Shown: positions 9,449 through 17,388 of the stretch, one piece after another | Position numbering within the stretch: the stretch's first letter is position 1 | Layout of the letters: each line of letters starts with the position of its first letter | NCBI GenBank assembly: GCA_964615885.1 | Contig: CAZTRG010000281.1 | Location: 144-64,143, forward strand | Length of the DNA: 64,000 nucleotides | Direction of reading: 5' to 3' | Source: an uncultured Planctomycetia bacterium | GTDB taxonomy: Bacteria > Planctomycetota > UBA8108 | Made by a program: the position numbers and the translations under genes | The notes under the pieces: model-generated | Told to the model about the DNA's origin: nothing | The model's input: only the letters and a program-made list of their open reading frames with translations | The model's database searches: none

Positions 9449-9476
9449 TTGACCTGTGCAGCGTCCTCCGTATGAT
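9449..9476 (+). promoter_or_regulatory. sigma70-like promoter candidate for the peroxiredoxin gene
   Basis: TTGACC (9449-9454), a 16-nt spacer, then TATGAT (9471-9476), about 37 nt upstream of the ATG at 9513. An imperfect inverted repeat GCTGTACAG (9436-9444) / CTGTGCAGC (9454-9462) straddles the -35 element. Confidence 0.4.
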
Positions 9477-9512
9477 ACCCACACAAATCTCTATTCAGAA
9501 TTGGGAGTAAAC

Positions 9513-10115
9513 ATGAGTGAACTGCAAGTAGGTATGTCGGTACCCGACTTCACCCTGACCACCTTTGAGCCCGAAAGTGGCGGCTTTGGAGAGCTCAGCC
9601 TCGCCAAGCAGAAAGAAGAAGGCCGCTGGACCTGTCTCTTCTTCTATCCCGCAGACTTCACCTTTGTGTGAGCAACCGAATTCGCTGCTCTGGCAGAGCA
9701 GCAGGACCGCTTCAAGAAAATGGGCTGCGACATCGTAACCGTAAGCACTGACACCCAGTTCACTCACCTGGCCTGGCAACGCGAAGAAAAAGAGCTGGGC
9801 GATGTGCGTTACTCGATGGCCGCAGACACAACCGGCTCGCTGGCGAAAACCTTCGGGGTCTACCTCGAGGCAGCAGGCCTGGCGCTGCGCGGCACCTTCC
9901 TGATCAACCCGGAAGGCACCCTCATGAACGCAGAGGTCAACTTCCTCAACATGGGCCGCAACATCGATGAGCTCATGCGGAAGTTCAAGGCCAACCTCTA
10001 CCTGGCGAAGAAAACCGATGAGGGCTGCCCCTCGAAGTGGAAAGACGACGGCGACAAGACCCTGACACCGGGGCCGGAGATGGTTGGACGGGTTCACGAG
10101 GCCCTGAACGACTAG
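9513..10115 (+). CDS. typical 2-Cys peroxiredoxin (AhpC/Prx1 type) with predicted selenocysteine (in-frame TGA at 9669-9671) at the peroxidatic position
   Basis: ORFs 9456..9671 and 9720..10115 are in the same frame. The joined sequence FFYPADFTFV-TGA-ATEFAALAEQQDRFKKMGCDIVTVSTDTQFTHLAW is colinear with AhpC FFYPADFTFVCPTE...VSTDTHFTHKAW. The resolving-Cys motif EGCPSKWK is present. GGGAG lies upstream of the ATG at 9513. Confidence 0.8.
9684..9702 (+). promoter_or_regulatory. bacterial SECIS-like hairpin
   Basis: A perfect 7-bp stem, GCUGCUC (9684-9690) / GAGCAGC (9696-9702), with a 5-nt loop UGGCA. The stem starts 12 nt after the UGA, and the loop G residues lie about 20 nt from the UGA. 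Confidence 0.6.
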
Positions 10116-10213
10116 CCTCTGAAACGCTGTCGATTCAACAGCAAGGCCCGGGTCCGGCTTGCCTCAGGGGCGGGCCGGGGAGAGAATACGGGCTGATGAG
10201 CTAACAAGGGTAA

Positions 10214-11995
10214 TTGCCAGTGAAAGCCTCAGCCCGATTCTATTGCCACCTGACCTTGCTGCTGAATGCAGCCATCCTGTCCTGCCCACTGCTCCTGGGC
10301 GGCGCGGACCCGCTCCAGGAAAAACCCGCCCTGCGGAGGCCCGTAGCCCTGGGAATTTCCGGCAGCTGGCTGCTGTGCGGAAACCGCAACAGCGGCTCTG
10401 TCTCCCTGGTTGATCTTGAGCTGCTGGAGGTCGCCGCCGAGTACAAGACCGGGCAAAGGCTCGGGGACCTGGAGATCACCGGCTCCGGCGCCCTGGTCAC
10501 CGACCCCGCCACCGGACGCCTGCTCTCTTTGCTTATCGATGATGGAAAGCTAGAGACAACAGGCCTGCTGCCCCTTACCGGCGCCCCGCAGGACATCGCC
10601 CTGTCGCAATCAGGAACAAGCTGCTCTGTCTCCTCTCCCTGGAAGCGCCAGGTAACCCTGGTTGAGCTGGAGGAGATTGAAGGAGGGCAGACCCGCCTGG
10701 TGAAGACCGGCGAGGTCCGCCTGCCTTTCTCACCCGGGCTGCAGGTCTTCTGCCGCAACGACACCCTGCTGGTGGTCGCTGATGCCTTTGGAGGAAACCT
10801 TGCTCTTGTTGATCCACAGAAGGGAAAGCTGCTGGGAACCAGGGTGCTCGAGGCCCATGGTATTCGCGGACTGGTTGTCAGCCGTGATGGAGAGAGCCTG
10901 CACCTCTCCCACCAGCGAATTGAGAGCAGTGTGCCCACGACCAGGAACCGGGTGTTCTGGGGCCAGGTCATCAGCAACATCCTCAGGAGCATCAGCCTCG
11001 ACCACCTGCTCCAGGACGGCACCGCCCGGGATGGCAGGCCAAGGGCCGTCGCCCACTGGAGCCTGTATCCTTTCGGCACGCCGAGCAAAGCCGCCGGGGA
11101 TCCCGGCGCCCTCGCCATGGGCCAGCGCGGAACCACGCTGGTTGCTTTCGGTGGCGTTGACCGCATCGGCCTGAGACCGAAACCCAACCATGTCTTTGAA
11201 GAAATAGAGGTCGGCGACCGGCCCCTAGCCGTCGTGCTCGGCCCGCAGGAGCGCTACGGTTATGTAGCCAATTTCTTTGACGATTCCATCTCAGTCGTCG
11301 ACACCACTGAGGCCGAGGTGGTTCGCACCATCTCCCTGGGACCGGAAAGAAAGCTGAGCCGGGCTGAGGAGGGCGAAAAACTTTTTTACGATGCCAAGCT
11401 GTCACTCGATGGCTGGTACAGCTGCCACAGCTGCCATCTCGACGGGCATACTCACGGGCAGCTGAATGATAACCTCGGAGATGACACCTTCGGCACGCCC
11501 AAGCGGGTTCCAAGCCTGCTGGACACCTCCAATACCGGTCCATGGGGCTGGATCGGAAACCGGACAACCCTCTGGGAACAGGTTGAAAAATCCATCGAAA
11601 CCACCATGCGGGGGAAGAAACCCGAGGCGGCCAGCGTTGAGGCTCTCGTCGCCTACCTGGAACTTTTCGATTCCGTCCCCGCTGGAAGCCCCGGCAAAAA
11701 CAAGGCTGCGGTGGACAGGGGACGCCTGGTCTTTGAGCGCCTCAAATGTGGAAAATGCCACCGGCCGCCCAGCTACACCACTGCCGGAACCTACGATGTA
11801 GGACTGCAGGATGAAACCGGGCAGAGCTCCTACAACCCCCCTTCACTCAAGGGGCTCCAGCACCGCAGCAGGTTCCTGCATGATAACCGGGCCGAAACGC
11901 TCGCCCGCGCCCTGGAGCTCCATCGGCCGGCTTCAACGCGAGACCTCCCGGCAAAGGACCTCTCCGACCTGCTGAGCTTCCTGCTCAGCCTCTGA
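10214..11995 (+). CDS. secreted beta-propeller (YVTN/YncE-like) fused to a di-haem cytochrome c peroxidase/MauG-like domain
   Basis: Two haem motifs, CHSCH and CGKCH, sit in a CCP-like context (EEGEKLFYDAKLSLDGWYSCHSCH..., PSLKGL...FLHDN). The N-terminal roughly 380 aa are repeat-rich and beta-strand-like. The start is TTG in the ORF track and is uncertain. Confidence 0.75.
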   Translation: MPVKASARFYCHLTLLLNAAILSCPLLLGGADPLQEKPALRRPVALGISGSWLLCGNRNSGSVSLVDLELLEVAAEYKTGQRLGDLEITGSGALVTDPATGRLLSLLIDDGKLETTGLLPLTGAPQDIALSQSGTSCSVSSPWKRQVTLVELEEIEGGQTRLVKTGEVRLPFSPGLQVFCRNDTLLVVADAFGGNLALVDPQKGKLLGTRVLEAHGIRGLVVSRDGESLHLSHQRIESSVPTTRNRVFWGQVISNILRSISLDHLLQDGTARDGRPRAVAHWSLYPFGTPSKAAGDPGALAMGQRGTTLVAFGGVDRIGLRPKPNHVFEEIEVGDRPLAVVLGPQERYGYVANFFDDSISVVDTTEAEVVRTISLGPERKLSRAEEGEKLFYDAKLSLDGWYSCHSCHLDGHTHGQLNDNLGDDTFGTPKRVPSLLDTSNTGPWGWIGNRTTLWEQVEKSIETTMRGKKPEAASVEALVAYLELFDSVPAGSPGKNKAAVDRGRLVFERLKCGKCHRPPSYTTAGTYDVGLQDETGQSSYNPPSLKGLQHRSRFLHDNRAETLARALELHRPASTRDLPAKDLSDLLSFLLSL

Positions 11996-12009
11996 AAAAA
12001 GAAAATCGG

Positions 12010-13011
12010 TCAGGGAGCTTCCCAGGTGCCGCTCTCACCCGAACGGAAGAGAGCCTCGATCACCTTCATATTGGCCACGGCATCCTCCAGCGGGGTCGTG
12101 ACCTCCCGGTCGTCGAGAATCGCCCTGGAGAAATCATCCCCCTGGATCGTGTACTGGTCGCAGGTGTCGAATTCAAGAACCTCGATGTCCTCGCCGAAAA
12201 GATCCCCCCTGGACTGGAACACCCTGCAGGGCCTGTCAGGCGGAGCATTGTAGGGAATCTCCACTTCCAGGCGGCCCTCGCTGCCGAAGAAATGGGCGCG
12301 CTGGTAAGGCACCATCTGGGTGCTGCAGATGAAGGAGGCCTGCCCTGAGGGATAATCGAGAATAGCAGAGTCCAGCCGGTCAATACCCATATCCGGATCC
12401 CGGTCGACCAGTCCGAGCACCCGGGTCGGCTCTTCGCCGAAAACAAAGCGCGAGGTCGTGATGGGATAGCAGCCGATATCCATGATCGGCCCACCCCCGA
12501 TATCAGCCTTGTTGCGAATATTCTCCGGGTCACGATTGAAATAGCTGAAGGCGAATTGTGCACCTGTCAGCTGCCCGATGGCGCCCTCCTGAACCCGGTC
12601 ACGCACCGCCACCCACTGGGGATGGGTGCGGACCATGAAGGCCTCCTGGATCTTCACCCCGGTGCGGTCCCGGGCCGCCACCAGCTCCATGGCCTCTGCC
12701 GATGACAGGGCGATCGGCTTCTCGCAGAGAACATGCTTGCCGGCCTCGGCCGCCTTGACTGACCAGGAGACGTGAAGGTGGTTGGGCAGGGGATTGTAGA
12801 CCGCATCGATATCCGGATCGGCAAGCAGCTCCTCGTAGGAGCCGTAGCTCTTCTCGATTCCCAGCGACCCGGCAGCCTCGGCCGCCTTCGCCGCATCCCT
12901 GGAGGCGATCGCCGCCACCTCCGAAAACTCTCCCTGCTGCATCGCCGGGATAACCTTCTCAACGGCTATCTTGGCAACGCCCAGGATTCCCCACCTGATC
13001 TTCGTGCTCAT
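12010..13011 (-). CDS. Gfo/Idh/MocA-family NAD(P)-dependent oxidoreductase
   Basis: The N-terminal Rossmann motif IRWGILGVAKIA and the EKP motif (LCEKPIALS) are typical of the family. Confidence 0.85.
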   Translation of the reverse strand: MSTKIRWGILGVAKIAVEKVIPAMQQGEFSEVAAIASRDAAKAAEAAGSLGIEKSYGSYEELLADPDIDAVYNPLPNHLHVSWSVKAAEAGKHVLCEKPIALSSAEAMELVAARDRTGVKIQEAFMVRTHPQWVAVRDRVQEGAIGQLTGAQFAFSYFNRDPENIRNKADIGGGPIMDIGCYPITTSRFVFGEEPTRVLGLVDRDPDMGIDRLDSAILDYPSGQASFICSTQMVPYQRAHFFGSEGRLEVEIPYNAPPDRPCRVFQSRGDLFGEDIEVLEFDTCDQYTIQGDDFSRAILDDREVTTPLEDAVANMKVIEALFRSGESGTWEAP

Positions 13012-13113
13012 GTTTCAGTCCTCACTGTTTGGCTTAAAGGGCCACATGATGCAGGAAGAGCCGCGCCGCGTCGAGAACACAATGGCCGGCTTGCCCGCCG
13101 TAAAAAAGCGCTC

Positions 13114-14118
13114 TCAGCGCCGCCGGACACGGCCCTCGCCCAGCACCAGGCGACCCGCTTCGTTCTCAACCCCCGCATAGGGGTCATCCTGGATGAGAAC
13201 ATTTCCATCAAGGTCGAGATAATCCGCCAGCGGCCCCAGCTGGGCGGCAGCCGAAATCAGGATAGAGGTTTCGATCATGCAGCCGAACATCACCTGCAGC
13301 CCAAGGGTCCGGGCAAGATGAACCATGCGCAGGGCCGGCAGGATCCCGCCGCATTTCACCAGCTTGATGTTGATGCCGTGGAAGCGGCCGGCCAGGGCGG
13401 GAATGTCTCCGGGGCTTATGGAGTTTTCATCAGCGATCACCGGCAGGGCCGACCTGCGACAGACCTCCTCCATGGCTTCAAGCTGGTCGGGTGGCAGCGG
13501 CTGCTCGATGAACTCCACGCCGAGCGCCTTCAGCTCAGCGGATTTCTCGATGGTCTCATCAACCGTCCAGCCGCAGTTGGCATCGACACGGAAGACCGCA
13601 TCGGTCTCCTTGCGCAGCTCGCGGATGATCTCGATATCCTGCGGGGTGCCGAGCTTGACCTTCAGGATCGGATAGTCCCGCGCTTCGCGAAGCTTGCTGA
13701 GCATCTGCTCGATCGTATCGATGCCGATCGTAAAGGAGGTGAGCGGAATACGGGCCGGGTCCAGGCCGAGAAGGCGCCAAAGGGGCACCCCGAGCTTACG
13801 GCTGGCGAGGTCAAAGAGCGCCGTGTCAAAAGCGCAGAGAGCCCCCCGGCGGTCCCCGAGAATTTCAGCAGCCTGCTCAAGAACATCACGGTAATGAAGT
13901 GGATCTGCGCCGGCGGCCAGCTCCTCCAGCAGCTGGAGGTCAGCCTGGACTCCCTCGGCATCCTCTCCATAGAAGCTCGAGGGGCTGGCCTCTCCGAAAC
14001 CGACGAGGTCGCCATCACTCAGCTCGACGGTAACCACCCGGACCACATCCTGGGACTCCCGGGAGATGGTGAAGGTGTGGCGCAGGTGGATCTCCTCGAT
14101 AGCTGTTTGCAGTTTCAT
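13114..14118 (-). CDS. enolase-superfamily dipeptide epimerase / N-acyl amino-acid racemase-like enzyme
   Basis: FRVDANCGWT, FIEQPLPPD and IADENS correspond to the metal-ligand and catalytic blocks of the MLE subgroup (L-Ala-D/L-Glu epimerase-like). Confidence 0.8.
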   Translation of the reverse strand: MKLQTAIEEIHLRHTFTISRESQDVVRVVTVELSDGDLVGFGEASPSSFYGEDAEGVQADLQLLEELAAGADPLHYRDVLEQAAEILGDRRGALCAFDTALFDLASRKLGVPLWRLLGLDPARIPLTSFTIGIDTIEQMLSKLREARDYPILKVKLGTPQDIEIIRELRKETDAVFRVDANCGWTVDETIEKSAELKALGVEFIEQPLPPDQLEAMEEVCRRSALPVIADENSISPGDIPALAGRFHGINIKLVKCGGILPALRMVHLARTLGLQVMFGCMIETSILISAAAQLGPLADYLDLDGNVLIQDDPYAGVENEAGRLVLGEGRVRRR

Positions 14119-14120
14119 TC

Positions 14121-15170
14121 TCAGGCTCCCTGCCCGGCGTCTTCACCGAGACGCCGACGCTCCTCAAGCACAGCCTCGACAACCGGCTCACAACCAAAAC
14201 GTACCACGTCGGTGGCCGGCAACTCGAGGGTCTCCTGCAGGGTGTCGAGCAGCTTCCTCGCCCCGGCCTCATCAAGCGAGGATGTGTTCGCCGCCACGGC
14301 CACCACCCGCGAAGGAGACATCACGTTCGCCATCGCCTCGTAAAGCTCAATCACCTCCCTCAGGGGAGGCATCTCCTGCTCGCTGTGCCGAATGGTCGAG
14401 CGGGTCGGGTCAAAGCCCATGACCATCGCCTGTGGTGCGCAACCATGCAGCAGCCCGAGAGTCACACCTGAATAGAGCGGATGAACCAGGGAGCCCTGCC
14501 CCTCGATGAGGACAAACTCCTTGTCGCGGTTTTCAAGAACCAGCTGCTCTGCCGCCCCTGCCACGAAATCACTGACCACGGCATCAATCGGGATGCCACT
14601 GCCGCTGATCATGATACCAGTCTGGCCGGTAGCGAGAAATTCTGCCCTATGCCCCCTCTCGCGCAGGGCCGCTGTCAGCTCGAGCGCTGTCAGCATCTTT
14701 CCAACACCACAATCGTGACCGACGGTGTGCACCCTGAAGCAGCTGGTGTTGCGCGCTTCGTTGGAAGACACCACGAGATCAGCGGGCGGGCGGCGCACAT
14801 CGATCAGCTCTCCGCCGTGCTCCGCCGCCAGCGGCGCAAGCTCGGGATCATCTCTGAGGAAGGTGTGAAGCCCGTTGAGAATTTTCATCCCGCTCCTGAG
14901 AGCCTCGGCAATCACCGCGCGCCAGCCCCCGGGCAGCTCGCCGCCGGCCGTGGCGACCCCCATCACCAGGGTATCGGCCTCGAGGCCCTCGAGCGCTGCA
15001 ACAAAGGGAATCTCGCCGCCAACACCGAAGACCTCCCTGGCGGTCCTTCCGGCGCAGGCCGAATCAAGAATCGCCACCACCTCTTCCCCCCGGTAGCGCA
15101 GCAGCCCCGTGGCGGTCTTGGCCTCGGTGGGATTCGACATTCCCTCTGTCAGAAGAATCATTCGGCTCAT
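14121..15170 (-). CDS. DUF1611-family protein (P-loop-like, often paired with dipeptide epimerases)
   Basis: ILLTEGMSNPTEAKTATGLLRYRGEEVVAILD... and VGHDCGVGKM fit the family as I remember it. Start set at the internal ATG (MSRMILL). The stop lies 2 nt before the epimerase start. Confidence 0.7.
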   Translation of the reverse strand: MSRMILLTEGMSNPTEAKTATGLLRYRGEEVVAILDSACAGRTAREVFGVGGEIPFVAALEGLEADTLVMGVATAGGELPGGWRAVIAEALRSGMKILNGLHTFLRDDPELAPLAAEHGGELIDVRRPPADLVVSSNEARNTSCFRVHTVGHDCGVGKMLTALELTAALRERGHRAEFLATGQTGIMISGSGIPIDAVVSDFVAGAAEQLVLENRDKEFVLIEGQGSLVHPLYSGVTLGLLHGCAPQAMVMGFDPTRSTIRHSEQEMPPLREVIELYEAMANVMSPSRVVAVAANTSSLDEAGARKLLDTLQETLELPATDVVRFGCEPVVEAVLEERRRLGEDAGQGA

Positions 15171-15324
15171 ACGAACTTCATCCCTCTCTCTGTGGAGTGG
15201 GAATTCTAACCGAATAGCAGGGCGGTGTCGCCGCCGCGAAGCATTGAAAACGCGGCCCATGGAGGCGAAAATAGGGGCCGGAAAGATCAACTCTCCTCCG
15301 TGACCTGAGAACTCTCCCCACCCT

Positions 15325-17376
15325 ATGCCCCGTCTTGTTAAAACTGTCTGCTCTCATGATTGCCCGGATGCCTGCAGCGTGCTGGTCACTGTCGATGACA
15401 GCCAGGACCTTCCCGGCGGACGGGCTGTTCAATTCCGGGGCGATCCCGAGCACCCCCTGACCAGGGGCTTTCTCTGCGGCAAGGTCAACACCTACGAGCA
15501 GGTCGTCCACTCGAGCGAGCGCCTGCTCCATCCGCTCCGCAGATCCGGCGCCAAGGGGGAGGGCCGCTTTGAACGCATCAGCTGGCAGGAGGCTCTCTCT
15601 TCGATCGCTGAAAACATCCAGGCCGTGAGTGCCGAGTGTGGCGGTGAAGCCCTGCTGCAATACACCTACGCGGGCACCATGGGCCTCGTTAACCGCAACT
15701 GCCCCAACGCTCTCTTCAACCGGCTCGGCGCCACCCAGCTGCGCCAGAACATCTGCTATTACGGAGCCGACGAGGGCTACCGGGTCACTGTCGGCAGCGG
15801 CTATTGCGTAGATCCCGAGGACACCCGGCACAGCGACCTCATTATCGTCTGGGGCGCAAACGTGGTCACCACCCAGGTCCACCTGGTGCCTTTCCTCGAC
15901 GAGGCGCGCAAAGCGGGCGCCCCTATGATCGTCATCGATCCCTACCGCAACCGGACGGCCAGAACCGCGGACCAGTGGGTCGGCATCCGGCCCGGCACCG
16001 ACGCAGCCCTCGCCCTGGCCCTGATGCATATCCTGGAGCGGGACGGCAAGCTGGACCGGGACTTCATCGAGCGCCGCACCATCGGCTTCGAGCGCCTGAG
16101 CCGGGAGGTCCTGCCACGCTTTGAGCCGGCCGTGGCGGCCGGGATCACGGGAGTGCCCCTTGAAGAGATCGAGAAACTTGCAGCGAAGATCGCCGGCGCC
16201 AGGGCCCCCTTGTTCAAGGTGGGGATCGGTATTGGCAGGAGCACCCGCGGCGGCGCTGCGGTCCGTGCCATCTGCGCCCTGGGAGGATTTACCGGTTCCT
16301 ACGAAGTCCTCGGCGGAGGTGTCCAGTTCGACACCGGCTCTGAATTCCAGCTCGAGCTGGACTCCATCAACCGCCCTGACTGGCTTGAGGGAGACCCCCG
16401 CTGGCTCAACATGACCGACATCGGACCCGCCCTTTGCGACTGGCAGGACCCACCGATCCGGTTTCTCTACGTCCACGGCACCAATCCTGCCGCCACCGCC
16501 CCCCTGCAGGCAAAGGTCCATACAGGGCTTGCCCGTGAAGATCTCTTCACCGTCGTCCACGAGCGCTTCCTCACCGACACCGCCCGCTACGCCGACATCG
16601 TCCTGCCCGCTCCGACCTTTGCGGAATACCCCGATCTCTACAAGGCCTATGGACACCTCTACCTTCAATACGCCGAACAGGCCATCGAGCCGGTGGGGGA
16701 ATCGCGCTGTAACCTCGAGGTCGTGCAGGGGCTGGCAAAAGAGCTTGGCTACGATGATCCCTGGTTCCGCAAGAATACACGGGAGCACGCACGCTCCCTG
16801 CTCCAGGGCTCCCACGCCAACATCGAGGGCCTCGACATCGAAGAGATCCTCTCGGGAAAAACCACCCGCCTGAATATTCCGAAGCAGGCTCCCGGCTTTG
16901 CCGAGCGCTTTGCTACACCCTCGGGAAAACTGGAGTTCTATTCGGCAGAGCTCGAGGAGCAGGGGCTCGCGGCGCTGGTGGATTTTTCCGCAACAGAAGA
17001 TCCTGAAGACCCGGAGCTCCACCCCTTTCGCCTGATCACTCCCCCCGCCCATTCTTTCCTGAACTCTTCCTTCGTCAATATCGAGAAGGCAAGAAGACGT
17101 GAGGGCGGCGGCCCCATCCTGATGATCCACCCGGAGGATGCCGGAGAGATCGCCAGCGGTGACCTGGTTGAGATCTCGAACCAGCAGGGTTCCGTTCGTC
17201 TCTCAGCACTGGTGACAACCGACACCAGGAAGGGTACCTTGGTCGCCGAGGGAACCTGGTGGCCCTCCCACAGCCTGGAGGGAGGCGGCATCAACCGGCT
17301 GACCTCCAACCGGCTGACCGATCTGGGCGGCGGATCCACCTTCCATGACAACCAGGTAGCGCTGAAGAAAATCTGA
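15325..17376 (+). CDS. molybdopterin (bis-MGD) oxidoreductase, MopB superfamily, with an N-terminal [4Fe-4S] Cys cluster
   Basis: N-terminal CSHDCPDAC...C cluster, MopB-like core blocks and a C-terminal MGD-binding barrel (ILMIHPEDA...GDLVEISN). The substrate cannot be inferred. Confidence 0.85.
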   Translation: MPRLVKTVCSHDCPDACSVLVTVDDSQDLPGGRAVQFRGDPEHPLTRGFLCGKVNTYEQVVHSSERLLHPLRRSGAKGEGRFERISWQEALSSIAENIQAVSAECGGEALLQYTYAGTMGLVNRNCPNALFNRLGATQLRQNICYYGADEGYRVTVGSGYCVDPEDTRHSDLIIVWGANVVTTQVHLVPFLDEARKAGAPMIVIDPYRNRTARTADQWVGIRPGTDAALALALMHILERDGKLDRDFIERRTIGFERLSREVLPRFEPAVAAGITGVPLEEIEKLAAKIAGARAPLFKVGIGIGRSTRGGAAVRAICALGGFTGSYEVLGGGVQFDTGSEFQLELDSINRPDWLEGDPRWLNMTDIGPALCDWQDPPIRFLYVHGTNPAATAPLQAKVHTGLAREDLFTVVHERFLTDTARYADIVLPAPTFAEYPDLYKAYGHLYLQYAEQAIEPVGESRCNLEVVQGLAKELGYDDPWFRKNTREHARSLLQGSHANIEGLDIEEILSGKTTRLNIPKQAPGFAERFATPSGKLEFYSAELEEQGLAALVDFSATEDPEDPELHPFRLITPPAHSFLNSSFVNIEKARRREGGGPILMIHPEDAGEIASGDLVEISNQQGSVRLSALVTTDTRKGTLVAEGTWWPSHSLEGGGINRLTSNRLTDLGGGSTFHDNQVALKKI

Positions 17377-17388
17377 GGACACCTCCCC

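Noticed and set aside
10116-10213. GC-rich stem-loop (CCCGGC...GCCGGG) after the peroxiredoxin gene, considered as a terminator
   Set aside because: The stem is interrupted and there is no following T-run, so it may be an attenuator or nothing. The evidence is insufficient to annotate.
12772-14343. 523-aa plus-strand ORF spanning the Gfo/Idh/MocA, epimerase and DUF1611 genes
   Set aside because: It is antisense to three genes with clear family motifs, has an Arg/Leu/Gly-rich junk composition, and crosses gene boundaries.
15178-17130. 650-aa minus-strand ORF antisense to the molybdopterin oxidoreductase
   Set aside because: The composition is low-complexity and Gly/Ala/Arg/Val-rich with no motifs. 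The opposite strand has unmistakable MopB homology. This is the typical shadow ORF of a GC-rich gene.
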